IMG/VR virus record: IMGVR_UViG_3300027861_000010
DNA length: 64,000 bases
Reading direction: 5' to 3' (one strand)
From: a virus
Part shown: piece by piece, positions 17,194-25,154 of the stretch
Position numbering within the stretch: position 1 is the first letter of the stretch
How the letters are laid out: each line of letters begins with the position of its first letter
Notes under the pieces: model-generated
What the model saw: the letters and a program-made list of their open reading frames with translations, nothing else
What the model was told of the DNA's origin: nothing
The model's database searches: none
Translations under genes and position numbers: made by a program

Positions 17194-17959
17194 AGTACTG
17201 GTTGTCATCCCGACGATCGTCGAACACTCGAAGAAGTACCACCTGTTGGATCGACTTTGGCATGAACCAAACGTCGCCACGGTGATTGTCGTCGACAATG
17301 GGGATTGTTTCGGTATTCCAGCGAAGAAGCAGAAACAGTGGAGCAAGGTCTGGCATGTTCGCCCGGGCTGCAATATGAACTGGCTCCATTCCAACAATTT
17401 CGGAGCTACGATTGCCCTGGAGCGGAACATTCCTTTCGTTTGCTTCATGAACGACGATGTTCAGCTCTCGAAGCCCTTCTTCCCGCAGATGTTGAAGACG
17501 TTTGAGAATCACCCTGACGCTGGGGTTGTCGTACCGCGGTATAACGGCAGCTTTGGCGATAGGGCCAATCATCCTGCCAATCCGCGGCATTTCGAGCCAG
17601 AGGACGCCGATACAGCGGTCAAGTGGGTCGACGGCACCTGCATGATGATCTCACAGCAGACCCTCAGAAGTGTAGGGCTGCTCGACCCTTGCTTCAGGGC
17701 TCCAGGATGGGCCGCAGACGTCGATTACAGCCACAGGGCGTCAGAGGCCGGATTTGGGCTCTACGTGAGCCACAGAGCGATGCTGTGGCACTTCCGAGGC
17801 CACGGAGGCCTCTCGGCCACTCAAGTCTACGGAGGACGCCGTGCGTGGGTCGCTAACGGCCTCAAACAAGCCAAGGAAGACCTGAGGACCAAATACGGAC
17901 CTCACTGGCGTGACGTGCTTCCCCTGCCCCGAGATGCCTACGGCGGCAAAGGCGGCTAA
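17177..17959 (+). CDS. Glycosyltransferase family 2 (GT-A)
   Basis: VLVVIPT, VIVVDNG, FMNDD (DxD-like), VDGTCMMI and ADVDYSHR. Confidence 0.8.
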   Translation: MNMDPEVLVVIPTIVEHSKKYHLLDRLWHEPNVATVIVVDNGDCFGIPAKKQKQWSKVWHVRPGCNMNWLHSNNFGATIALERNIPFVCFMNDDVQLSKPFFPQMLKTFENHPDAGVVVPRYNGSFGDRANHPANPRHFEPEDADTAVKWVDGTCMMISQQTLRSVGLLDPCFRAPGWAADVDYSHRASEAGFGLYVSHRAMLWHFRGHGGLSATQVYGGRRAWVANGLKQAKEDLRTKYGPHWRDVLPLPRDAYGGKGG

Positions 17960-17977
17960 TTGTAACCCCCAAGGGGT

Positions 17978-18330
17978 GATAACGAATAAGTCTACCAATT
18001 GGTAGACTTATTCGTCTCTACTCTCCTACGGAGAGTAGACTCACGCGTCACGTACACATAGGCCTTTTCGCGTCTGGTAGACATTGCAGGCGTCGATTTC
18101 TGAGGCTTCAAATCGTGTCACCTTTGTGGGTGATAACGAATAAGTATACCATGTCGAACGTGGGTCTTTCCCTCGCCTTCAAAGGTTTGGGTCTAAGTTC
18201 TTACGTGGCAACTGTTTATATCTAATAGAGAAGACAATCAGACAGACCCGGCATTTAGCCGGTCTGAGTCTACTCTCCGTAGGAGAGTAGAGACGAATAA
18301 GTCTACCAATTGGTAGACTTATTCGTTATC
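17978..18330. repeat. Non-coding element bounded by perfect 66-bp inverted repeats, each with a 34-bp perfect palindrome and a 10-bp hairpin
   Basis: 17978-18043 is the exact reverse complement of 18265-18330. Palindrome ACGAATAAGTCTACCAATTGGTAGACTTATTCGT at 17982-18015 and 18293-18326; partial third copy at 18128-18151. Confidence 0.95.
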
Positions 18331-18362
18331 TCCAACAACTTTCAACAACGAAGGAGGCTCAA

Positions 18363-18686
18363 ATGTCCCTCGAACTCGCACTCGAAGCTCGAGAATACGA
18401 CCCAAGCCTGGTTTTCTCGAGCCACGGGGTATTCAACATCGACCAGAACGGTTTCGTGCTCACTTATGTACAGGACGGTCCTGATACGGAAGACACCCGA
18501 CACATGCACACCGTTCGCCGATTTAACCTTGAAGAGCATCGGCGAAAGTACAAAAAGACTGACGTTGAGTTCGACATCCTCGATCTTGGCTACTGGTATC
18601 GAGAGGCTCCTGATGAGGGAGACAAATACGCTCAGCCCGCCCACGATTGGCGGAAAGATCGTATGGAGGAGGCTGCCAATGGGTGA
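18363..18686 (+). CDS. Hypothetical protein
   Basis: AAGGAGG RBS; first gene after the inverted-repeat element. Confidence 0.65.
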   Translation: MSLELALEAREYDPSLVFSSHGVFNIDQNGFVLTYVQDGPDTEDTRHMHTVRRFNLEEHRRKYKKTDVEFDILDLGYWYREAPDEGDKYAQPAHDWRKDRMEEAANG

Positions 18687-19470
18687 ACCTCTGAAAGGGA
18701 CCGTGAGGCATACGTTGTCTAAAATGGATCCCCATCCAATTCAGTGGATCACTCGTAAGTGCATTCTGGAGCCGAACGATAAGGACGCGAGAAAGCATTG
18801 GCATACCAGTGCCAGTGATATTCAACGCTTAATGCAGTTTCAGTACTACCGGGCCATCACCCGGTATCCGGAACGTCGGCGAGAATTAACCTATGCGTTG
18901 AACTGCAGACCGAGCGGTTTCAAGACCGCTCCATACACTCAGGCCTGTAAGCTTAGACGCGTCTGTCCTTGGTGCTTCTCCCGAGGCTTGTTGTCGGTTT
19001 ACGACGCCCTCTTGGAGCCGGACGCTAAAATCCAGAATTTACACAGTCTTCTGCTGTGGAAGCGGCGATTGACACCTGGGATCAATCTGCCCTTCTTTCG
19101 ACCTGATCGTGGACCTCACGCCTGGTGCAAGGCCCTTGTAACTGCCCAGATCGTGGTTCCGTTTTACCACCAACCTTCTGATGCCATCATGATGGAGCAC
19201 ATCGGATTTCAAATTATTCCAAAGGACATTGATTATGCGAAGCTATTGAAACGCAACACCGTTCACCCAGAGTTGAATTGTATTCAACTCAAGTCCGCGA
19301 CTCCCTCAACGATCGTCAAAGCCTTTGGAGTTTGTTTAAGCTTTAATTGGACTGACCTATACTTGAAGGCCAACCTGGACCGTTTCATTGAGTTACTTGA
19401 CGGTTACAAGAATCAGAGAATGGTTCGAGTCAGCCGTTACAAACCTAAAGGAGAAAATTGTGGAGATTGA
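18679..19470 (+). CDS. Hypothetical protein with a Rep-like Zn-finger (CKLRRVCPWC)
   Basis: GGAGGAGG RBS before ATG 18679; C-x3-R-x-C-P-x-C-like motif. Confidence 0.6.
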   Translation: MGEPLKGTVRHTLSKMDPHPIQWITRKCILEPNDKDARKHWHTSASDIQRLMQFQYYRAITRYPERRRELTYALNCRPSGFKTAPYTQACKLRRVCPWCFSRGLLSVYDALLEPDAKIQNLHSLLLWKRRLTPGINLPFFRPDRGPHAWCKALVTAQIVVPFYHQPSDAIMMEHIGFQIIPKDIDYAKLLKRNTVHPELNCIQLKSATPSTIVKAFGVCLSFNWTDLYLKANLDRFIELLDGYKNQRMVRVSRYKPKGENCGD

Positions 19471-20014
19471 TTCACCTCCGTTCCCGAAGAACAGCACCAA
19501 TCCAGAGCAGTTGCACAACTTTTTGCGAGACCTGTACTACTGGGTTGAGGGGAAAAAAGACTGGGCAAACATGGAGGCGTCTCGCCTGAATGCTCCCGAA
19601 CAGCCCTACATACCGGACATGGGGCCTTACCCTTCGGAGGATGCTAACCGGTACTTGCAGTTGGCCGTGCCTGACATGTTTGTGTCATGGCAGGCCATGC
19701 GTGCAATCCGTGAGAAGTACGACGCGGTTGTGCGTAGTTACGAGGAAGAAGAGGCGTGGCTTTCTGACGCCTGTATCTTCCATCGGATCAACATCGTTAA
19801 ATTGGCGGCGTTGCTTCTGACAATGGCCTTCCTGGATCGCGAGAAGCGGGAAGCCAAGGAGATGGAACTCATTAAACGTCAACGAAAGAGCATGCTTCAA
19901 ACCCTGAAGAATGCTTTTGGTGACATTCAAGGACTTTTCTCGGGAGAGGACCACCACAATGACGACGACGAAATCGACTTTGACTCACTCTTCAACCCAC
20001 CCGAAGGAGAGTAA
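19460..20014 (+). CDS. Hypothetical protein
   Basis: AAGGAG RBS before GTG 19460. Confidence 0.55.
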   Translation: MEIDSPPFPKNSTNPEQLHNFLRDLYYWVEGKKDWANMEASRLNAPEQPYIPDMGPYPSEDANRYLQLAVPDMFVSWQAMRAIREKYDAVVRSYEEEEAWLSDACIFHRINIVKLAALLLTMAFLDREKREAKEMELIKRQRKSMLQTLKNAFGDIQGLFSGEDHHNDDDEIDFDSLFNPPEGE

Positions 20015-20324
20015 GTACAAACAGTTGCGGCCTCGTTTGTGTAGAGTACACGTTTCGCAGCCAGCGATTCGTGCGAACAATAAAAAGAAGCGGCAAGGTG
20101 AGGAAGGGTACGATCCTTGCATTACCGTTAAGCGAGGCAGCGAAAATGTTTACGGCCACGAGGTGATCATCTACGACAAAGAAGGCAACGTCGTGGCCAA
20201 AGTTGTGCAGCCGCGGGACAAGCAATTGTCCTGTGGTGCGAGAATATGGATCGAGTGCTCCACAGTGGTGGAAGTACGAGAACATAAAGAAGACCACGAT
20301 CTGGTCACAGAACTGTTGAGGTAA
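19911..20324 (+). CDS. Conserved-looking phage hypothetical protein (start uncertain)
   Basis: HVSQPAIRAN, ITVKRG and LSCGARIWIE motifs. Confidence 0.55.
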   Translation: MLLVTFKDFSRERTTTMTTTKSTLTHSSTHPKESKYKQLRPRLCRVHVSQPAIRANNKKKRQGEEGYDPCITVKRGSENVYGHEVIIYDKEGNVVAKVVQPRDKQLSCGARIWIECSTVVEVREHKEDHDLVTELLR

Positions 20325-20326
20325 CT

Positions 20327-20908
20327 ATGACGACACCACAAATTTCGATCAACAACGTAAAACCTGGAATTGTGGTTGTCGAAGATTTCCTCAACAACCC
20401 GCACGAGCACCGTGAGTACGCTCTCGGACTCGACTACGAAAAGAAGGGGAGTTATGGAGTTCGCTCCGCTCCTCACCAATATCCCGAATACCGTGAGGCA
20501 TTTGAGAAGATTCTTCAAAGACGCATCGTCGGATGGCATTCAGATATCAACGGATGTTATCAGTGGTGTGATAAGCACCAGGACATCGTGTACCACGTTG
20601 ATCTGCAAAGTTATGCGGCGGTGCTCTTTCTTACGCCTGATGCTCCTGTGGCGAGCGGTACTTCTTTTTGGAAGAGCAAGCACACCGGGCAGAGGATTCA
20701 CCATGGGAATCAGACCGGACTGACGTTCGGTCCCAATGGGGAACACCTCAAAGATCCAGATCAATGGGAGCTCGTCGATCGCGTTGGCAACGCGTTTAAT
20801 CGGCTAGTGATCTGGTACGGACAATACATCCATAGTGCCACCGAGTACTTTGGGGAAGATGTCCATGATTCACGCCTGTTTCAAATCTTCTTTTTCGATT
20901 GTGAGTGA
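20327..20908 (+). CDS. 2OG-Fe(II) oxygenase-like protein (DUF6445-like)
   Basis: VVVEDFLNNP, YHVD (HxD), AAVLFLTPDAP..SGTSF, NRLVIW, HSA and RLFQIFFF. Confidence 0.75.
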   Translation: MTTPQISINNVKPGIVVVEDFLNNPHEHREYALGLDYEKKGSYGVRSAPHQYPEYREAFEKILQRRIVGWHSDINGCYQWCDKHQDIVYHVDLQSYAAVLFLTPDAPVASGTSFWKSKHTGQRIHHGNQTGLTFGPNGEHLKDPDQWELVDRVGNAFNRLVIWYGQYIHSATEYFGEDVHDSRLFQIFFFDCE

Positions 20909-21634
20909 ATGATGACAACTGCAACAAGAAAGAAGCTCCAGCTGCATGTCAGCCTGGAGCATGATGGCGATACGGAAAGTCCGTTCGACAATGATGTGTT
21001 CAGCCTATGCTCTTTGTTCAGCGACGGACGTGGAGCGATGGTTGAGAAGATTGAAGAGTTTAGCGAAGCTGGCCGCGGTGAAGGCCGCAGTTGGTGGTGG
21101 GTGTCCTGTTATCGCCACGGCGGCGAGCATTGGTTTCTGGAAGGTGAGACACCTTGTGGAGCCGACCACTGGGACACGACCGGTAAGGCTGGAATCCTTT
21201 ACCTGGACTCTGGCAAAGCTGATGACGTTGGTCCTTCACTTCAGGAAGATGCTGAAGGAATCCTGGAGGAATACAACCGATGGTGCAGCGGCGATTGTTG
21301 GCTCTACAGCGTCAAGGTTGAAGAGGAATTGCATCATGAGGGCTTATGCCCTTGCTGCGAGACACCTGACGTGAACTGGTACACGACTGAGGTCGTGGGG
21401 CACGATAGCTGCGTAGGATTTATTGGTCTCGAGTACGCACTTGAAGAGCTGGCCAGTGTGTTGAAAAATTTTAAGGAAGATCACCCTGATGACCACCACC
21501 GCTATGAAGTCGTTATTAGCGGCGATCAAAGCGGGCAGGCTTACGAAGGCGATGTAGCTGAGCAAGTTCGCAAAGTTGGTTTTAGGGTTGTAGGAGACCC
21601 TGAAGATGAGTCAGAGAACTGCGAAGATCGTTAA
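20909..21634 (+). CDS. Hypothetical acidic protein
   Basis: 241-aa ORF; CPCC motif. Confidence 0.6.
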   Translation: MMTTATRKKLQLHVSLEHDGDTESPFDNDVFSLCSLFSDGRGAMVEKIEEFSEAGRGEGRSWWWVSCYRHGGEHWFLEGETPCGADHWDTTGKAGILYLDSGKADDVGPSLQEDAEGILEEYNRWCSGDCWLYSVKVEEELHHEGLCPCCETPDVNWYTTEVVGHDSCVGFIGLEYALEELASVLKNFKEDHPDDHHRYEVVISGDQSGQAYEGDVAEQVRKVGFRVVGDPEDESENCEDR

Positions 21635-22160
21635 CTTTGTGTTCTTCATCATATTTTCGCTAGTGTGCTTCTTTTGTGGAGCACTCACGCAGTACAAGTA
21701 CACCGGTTCGCAGGAACGCCCTGAAGTTGAGCGAATGGTAGCACTGCCAGCCTGTGAATATGAGTTGGACAACATTCGCGTCATCGACGGCGACACGATC
21801 GAGTCCGACATTTTGTTTCCGCTTGGGTTGACCCTGCGTGGCGAGTACATCCGGTTCTCGGATTTCGACGCGTGGGAGAGCTCCAAGCGGAGACGGTCGG
21901 TCAAAGTGACTGACGCAGAGGTCGTCAAAGGCAAGAAGGCAACAGCCCTGCTGATTGACCTGATTGAAGACAAAATGATGGTCCTCATGCTTGATCAAGG
22001 CGAGCGGGACAATTACGGTAGAATTCTCGGACGAGCGGCTGTATATGCCGATGATGGCTCAAGGACCGAGGTGATGACTTTCATGAAAAACAATGACATG
22101 TTGAGGAGAAACAATGAAAGAAGAGAAACCGATGACCCCAGCGGAGAGGAACTCGATTAA
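21606..22160 (+). CDS. Membrane-anchored thermonuclease (SNase-like)
   Basis: N-terminal TM segment; RVIDGDTI, IRFSDFDAWE and DNYGRILG motifs. Confidence 0.8.
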   Translation: MSQRTAKIVNFVFFIIFSLVCFFCGALTQYKYTGSQERPEVERMVALPACEYELDNIRVIDGDTIESDILFPLGLTLRGEYIRFSDFDAWESSKRRRSVKVTDAEVVKGKKATALLIDLIEDKMMVLMLDQGERDNYGRILGRAAVYADDGSRTEVMTFMKNNDMLRRNNERRETDDPSGEELD

Positions 22161-22659
22161 GTATTTTGGTGAGTGGTTCAAGAAGTACAAAGGTGTGTCG
22201 AATCCGGTGGATTTGAACACAGAGGAGAAGTACAACTTCGCAATGGAGATCTGTGGAAGGGGTGAAGTTCGCTTCCTGGCACAGATGCTGCGTGAACGTA
22301 AAAAGTCTAAAGTCATCCCCGGCGTAGGACGGACTTTTCCTCACACTCATTACGATTACTGGCACGAGAAAGATCCGAAGAATTATCCGTTGGTGGCTAA
22401 GCCCAAAAAGCAAAATACCGTTGCGTTGGATGAGGCCGGGATAAAGCTGGCTGTTGAACTTCACGGACGCTTCTACACAAAGGCCCCTGGTTTTGATAAC
22501 CCTTCAGACATCAATGATCCACCCAAGTACGCTTTCATGAAAGAAGTCGGATGGAAGGCGGCTGTCTTGATGCACAAGGCCAGGAAAGGGTCAATCTATG
22601 GCACTAAGGCAAAGCAATGGAAGGACGGTAAGTTAATTGACCCACCAACAACTAAATGA
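22114..22659 (+). CDS. Hypothetical basic protein
   Basis: GAGGAG RBS; 181 aa. Confidence 0.6.
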   Translation: MKEEKPMTPAERNSIKYFGEWFKKYKGVSNPVDLNTEEKYNFAMEICGRGEVRFLAQMLRERKKSKVIPGVGRTFPHTHYDYWHEKDPKNYPLVAKPKKQNTVALDEAGIKLAVELHGRFYTKAPGFDNPSDINDPPKYAFMKEVGWKAAVLMHKARKGSIYGTKAKQWKDGKLIDPPTTK

Positions 22660-22906
22660 CGTCGGCGAGCACTGCATTGATTGCGGTGACTCTGTCGCCC
22701 AGGGATCGGGCAAGTACGTCAACCGCATTCCAGCGGATGACGGCGAGAAGTCAGGGTTTCTTTGTGCTGACTGTCAGTGCATGACCTGCGACCGTTGCGA
22801 CACTCCCACATTTGAGCCTCACACCATCGAAGACTTGATGGATGTGGAGCACGTCTGTGACGATTGTTTAACACCTAAAGAAGTAGAGGAATTGGCAAAT
22901 GAATAA
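22637..22906 (+). CDS. Small Cys-rich Zn-finger protein
   Basis: CIDC, CADC, CDRC and CDDC pairs. Confidence 0.55.
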   Translation: MTHQQLNDVGEHCIDCGDSVAQGSGKYVNRIPADDGEKSGFLCADCQCMTCDRCDTPTFEPHTIEDLMDVEHVCDDCLTPKEVEELANE

Positions 22907-22926
22907 CAACCCCAAAAAAGACCCGT

Positions 22927-23319
22927 TTAGCTGCTGATGTGATTCATCTTGCAGTCTTTGAATTCTGACTGACCGGTTAGTTCGGCAATCTGATTTTTGA
23001 TGGCGACTCTGGTACGATTCAGATCGCGGATACGAATGGCTCGGCGACCGACCTCTTCCAACCCAAGGTCGTCGTCGAGCCCTTTTCGTATATCGTATTC
23101 AGCGTCCCACATTTGGCCGTTGATTTGGTGCAGGTCGATGATCAGCTCCCTGAGCTTGATGTTGTCGACGTCGATACCGCTTTCGTAGTACTCAATCTGT
23201 TTTTGCAATCCGGCCTTGTCGATCTGATCGTCAGACAGTCGTTGTATCTTGAGTTGAGCGATCGTCAGGCGATCACAGAGTTCACAGATGGGCATCGCAA
23301 TGGGTTGAACTTCAGACAC
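22927..23319 (-). CDS. DUF6165-like protein
   Basis: ELCDRLTIAQLK, INGQMWDAEYDIR and LNRTRVAIKNQI pattern; GGAGGA RBS 6 nt before GTG 23319. Confidence 0.65.
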   Translation of the reverse strand: MSEVQPIAMPICELCDRLTIAQLKIQRLSDDQIDKAGLQKQIEYYESGIDVDNIKLRELIIDLHQINGQMWDAEYDIRKGLDDDLGLEEVGRRAIRIRDLNRTRVAIKNQIAELTGQSEFKDCKMNHISS

Positions 23320-23346
23320 AATCAATCCTCCATGAAAGGCGGTAAC

Positions 23347-24462
23347 ATGAAAATACTGGTAACAAGTGACCTACACTTGAGCGACAAAATTTGGAAACAC
23401 AGGCCTATCGAAGGTGACAGCTACCACTCATGGCGACAGATCGTGAATCTTGCAATCGAACATGAGTGCGATGTTGTCATTCTAGCAGGTGATTTACTGG
23501 ATAAGCAGACCAACGTATCAAATCCTGTGCAGGAATTGGTAGCGGGTTTGCGTCGACTTGAAAAGGCTCACGTCGAAGTTTGGTACAACCAAGGACAACA
23601 CGAGTACCAGGCCGTACCGTGGATGTCTCTCGACGAGGGCACCGTTTGGCTGGAAGATACAGGCGTCACAACCAGCAACGACTGGAACATCGCAGGGTGC
23701 GATTACCAGAACGCCGATGGTTTGATGAACTTCCTTCAGACGACCGCGGCACTACAGGCAGACATCTTGGTGTGCCATCAGGTCTGGCTCGAGTTCATGG
23801 GCGAGGAGTGCAAACCGCAAGGTTCGTTCGCCGATATCCCTGAGAATGTCCGTTACCTGATCACAGGTGACTATCACGATAACATCTGTCAGAAGTTCGG
23901 ACAGTTGACGGTGCTCAGCCCTGGTAGCACACACTTGCGTTCGATTAGCGAACCCGAGGACAAGTCCGTGTTTTTCATGGAATTGCCGGATGCTGGGCAT
24001 CGAGCCAAGATCAGTTCCTGGCCTTTAGCTACGCGTCGACGGTTTGAGATCGACGCAAGCAAGGAGGATGATTTCAACGTACTGTTAGAGCAGATTGAGG
24101 GTCATCTAGGTTTGGCCGCTGATTATGCTGATGAGCAGAATCTGCCGGAAGAATTGAGAAAGCCGCTGATGCGATTGATCTACCCTCAATCTGAGGTTGA
24201 TCTCTGCAACAAGCTCACCAAGTTGGTTGGCGACCGTGCCCATCTATTCTTCAAGCAGATCAAGTACGTTAGTCCTGACTCACTTGAGCCGCAGTTGGTT
24301 GAGCACATGGATGCGGAGGAGCGTGTCGGTATGCTCAATTGCTTGGACACTTACATTGACAAGAGTAAACAACCACTTACGCACGACCTGGCGACCCAGC
24401 TTCTCGAAGCACCGGATCCTGAGCAGGCGTTGCATAAGTGGGTAAAGGAGCATGTGAAATGA
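23347..24462 (+). CDS. sbcD: SbcD/Mre11-like metallophosphoesterase nuclease
   Basis: ILVTSDLHL, LAGDLLD, NQGQHE, LVCHQ and TGDYH motifs. Confidence 0.85.
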   Translation: MKILVTSDLHLSDKIWKHRPIEGDSYHSWRQIVNLAIEHECDVVILAGDLLDKQTNVSNPVQELVAGLRRLEKAHVEVWYNQGQHEYQAVPWMSLDEGTVWLEDTGVTTSNDWNIAGCDYQNADGLMNFLQTTAALQADILVCHQVWLEFMGEECKPQGSFADIPENVRYLITGDYHDNICQKFGQLTVLSPGSTHLRSISEPEDKSVFFMELPDAGHRAKISSWPLATRRRFEIDASKEDDFNVLLEQIEGHLGLAADYADEQNLPEELRKPLMRLIYPQSEVDLCNKLTKLVGDRAHLFFKQIKYVSPDSLEPQLVEHMDAEERVGMLNCLDTYIDKSKQPLTHDLATQLLEAPDPEQALHKWVKEHVK

Positions 24463-25154
24463 ACCCAGAATTCGACGTTGTTGATCTTGGAACCAAACAC
24501 GGCAATGCCATTGATGAGTTCCGAAAAAATGGCAACATGTACCTAAAGCGTCAGACGCTGTTCAACAGAATCCAGCTATATCGGTGCGTCGGATATGAGC
24601 GACCTCAGGCGGAAAACTATCGCTCGATTGTTGAAGGGAAGAAGTACAAGTTTCGCACTGCTGATTTGGCAACAGACGAGGCGATTGCCAAGCTGCCGAT
24701 GGCTGAGGTCTACCTGGCCTGGCATTTCCTGGAACACGTTCCGAACAAGGACTGGTCCCGTAAACTGGTGCGTGCTTCATTGACGTACGCCCGACACTTG
24801 GCCTGGTTCCGCCTGCCAAGCTTCCAACAGGACGAACTGACAGGTGAAGGCGTGCTGAGGAAGCATGGCATGCGTTTCACTTGGACCAACTGGCGAGGAC
24901 ATCCTTCTCACTGGTTGGTTGAGGATTGCAAAGATGCAATCGAGGGATGGGGCAAGGATGTGCCAGTTAGAGACTTTGATGTGATAGTGAAGCCTGCGGG
25001 CTTCATCAAGAATATGGCTGATCATCGTGTGGTTCCCATCGACACACCGATCGACGTCAACAAGTACGAACCCAAACATGGGCCGAAACCGTTGCACGTC
25101 AAATTCAAACAGCCGATCGTTGCCGAATGGGAAGTGATCGTGAGGTTCAAATGA
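24459..25154 (+). CDS. Class I SAM-dependent methyltransferase-like protein
   Basis: VVDLGTKHG motif I-like; AWHFLEHVP post-motif. Confidence 0.55.
   Translation: MNPEFDVVDLGTKHGNAIDEFRKNGNMYLKRQTLFNRIQLYRCVGYERPQAENYRSIVEGKKYKFRTADLATDEAIAKLPMAEVYLAWHFLEHVPNKDWSRKLVRASLTYARHLAWFRLPSFQQDELTGEGVLRKHGMRFTWTNWRGHPSHWLVEDCKDAIEGWGKDVPVRDFDVIVKPAGFIKNMADHRVVPIDTPIDVNKYEPKHGPKPLHVKFKQPIVAEWEVIVRFK

Noticed and set aside
17978-18330. MITE or non-autonomous transposon
   Set aside because: No target-site duplication in the flanks and no second copy in the window; the internal perfect palindromes are atypical. Kept as a cis-element finding instead.
18310-18678. N-terminal extension of track ORF 18310..19470
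   Set aside because: Begins inside the palindrome and overlaps the RBS-supported gene 18363..18686 in another frame.
23113-23346. N-terminal extension of sbcD in the ORF track
   Set aside because: Antisense to the DUF6165-like gene; the phosphoesterase motif begins at ATG 23347.
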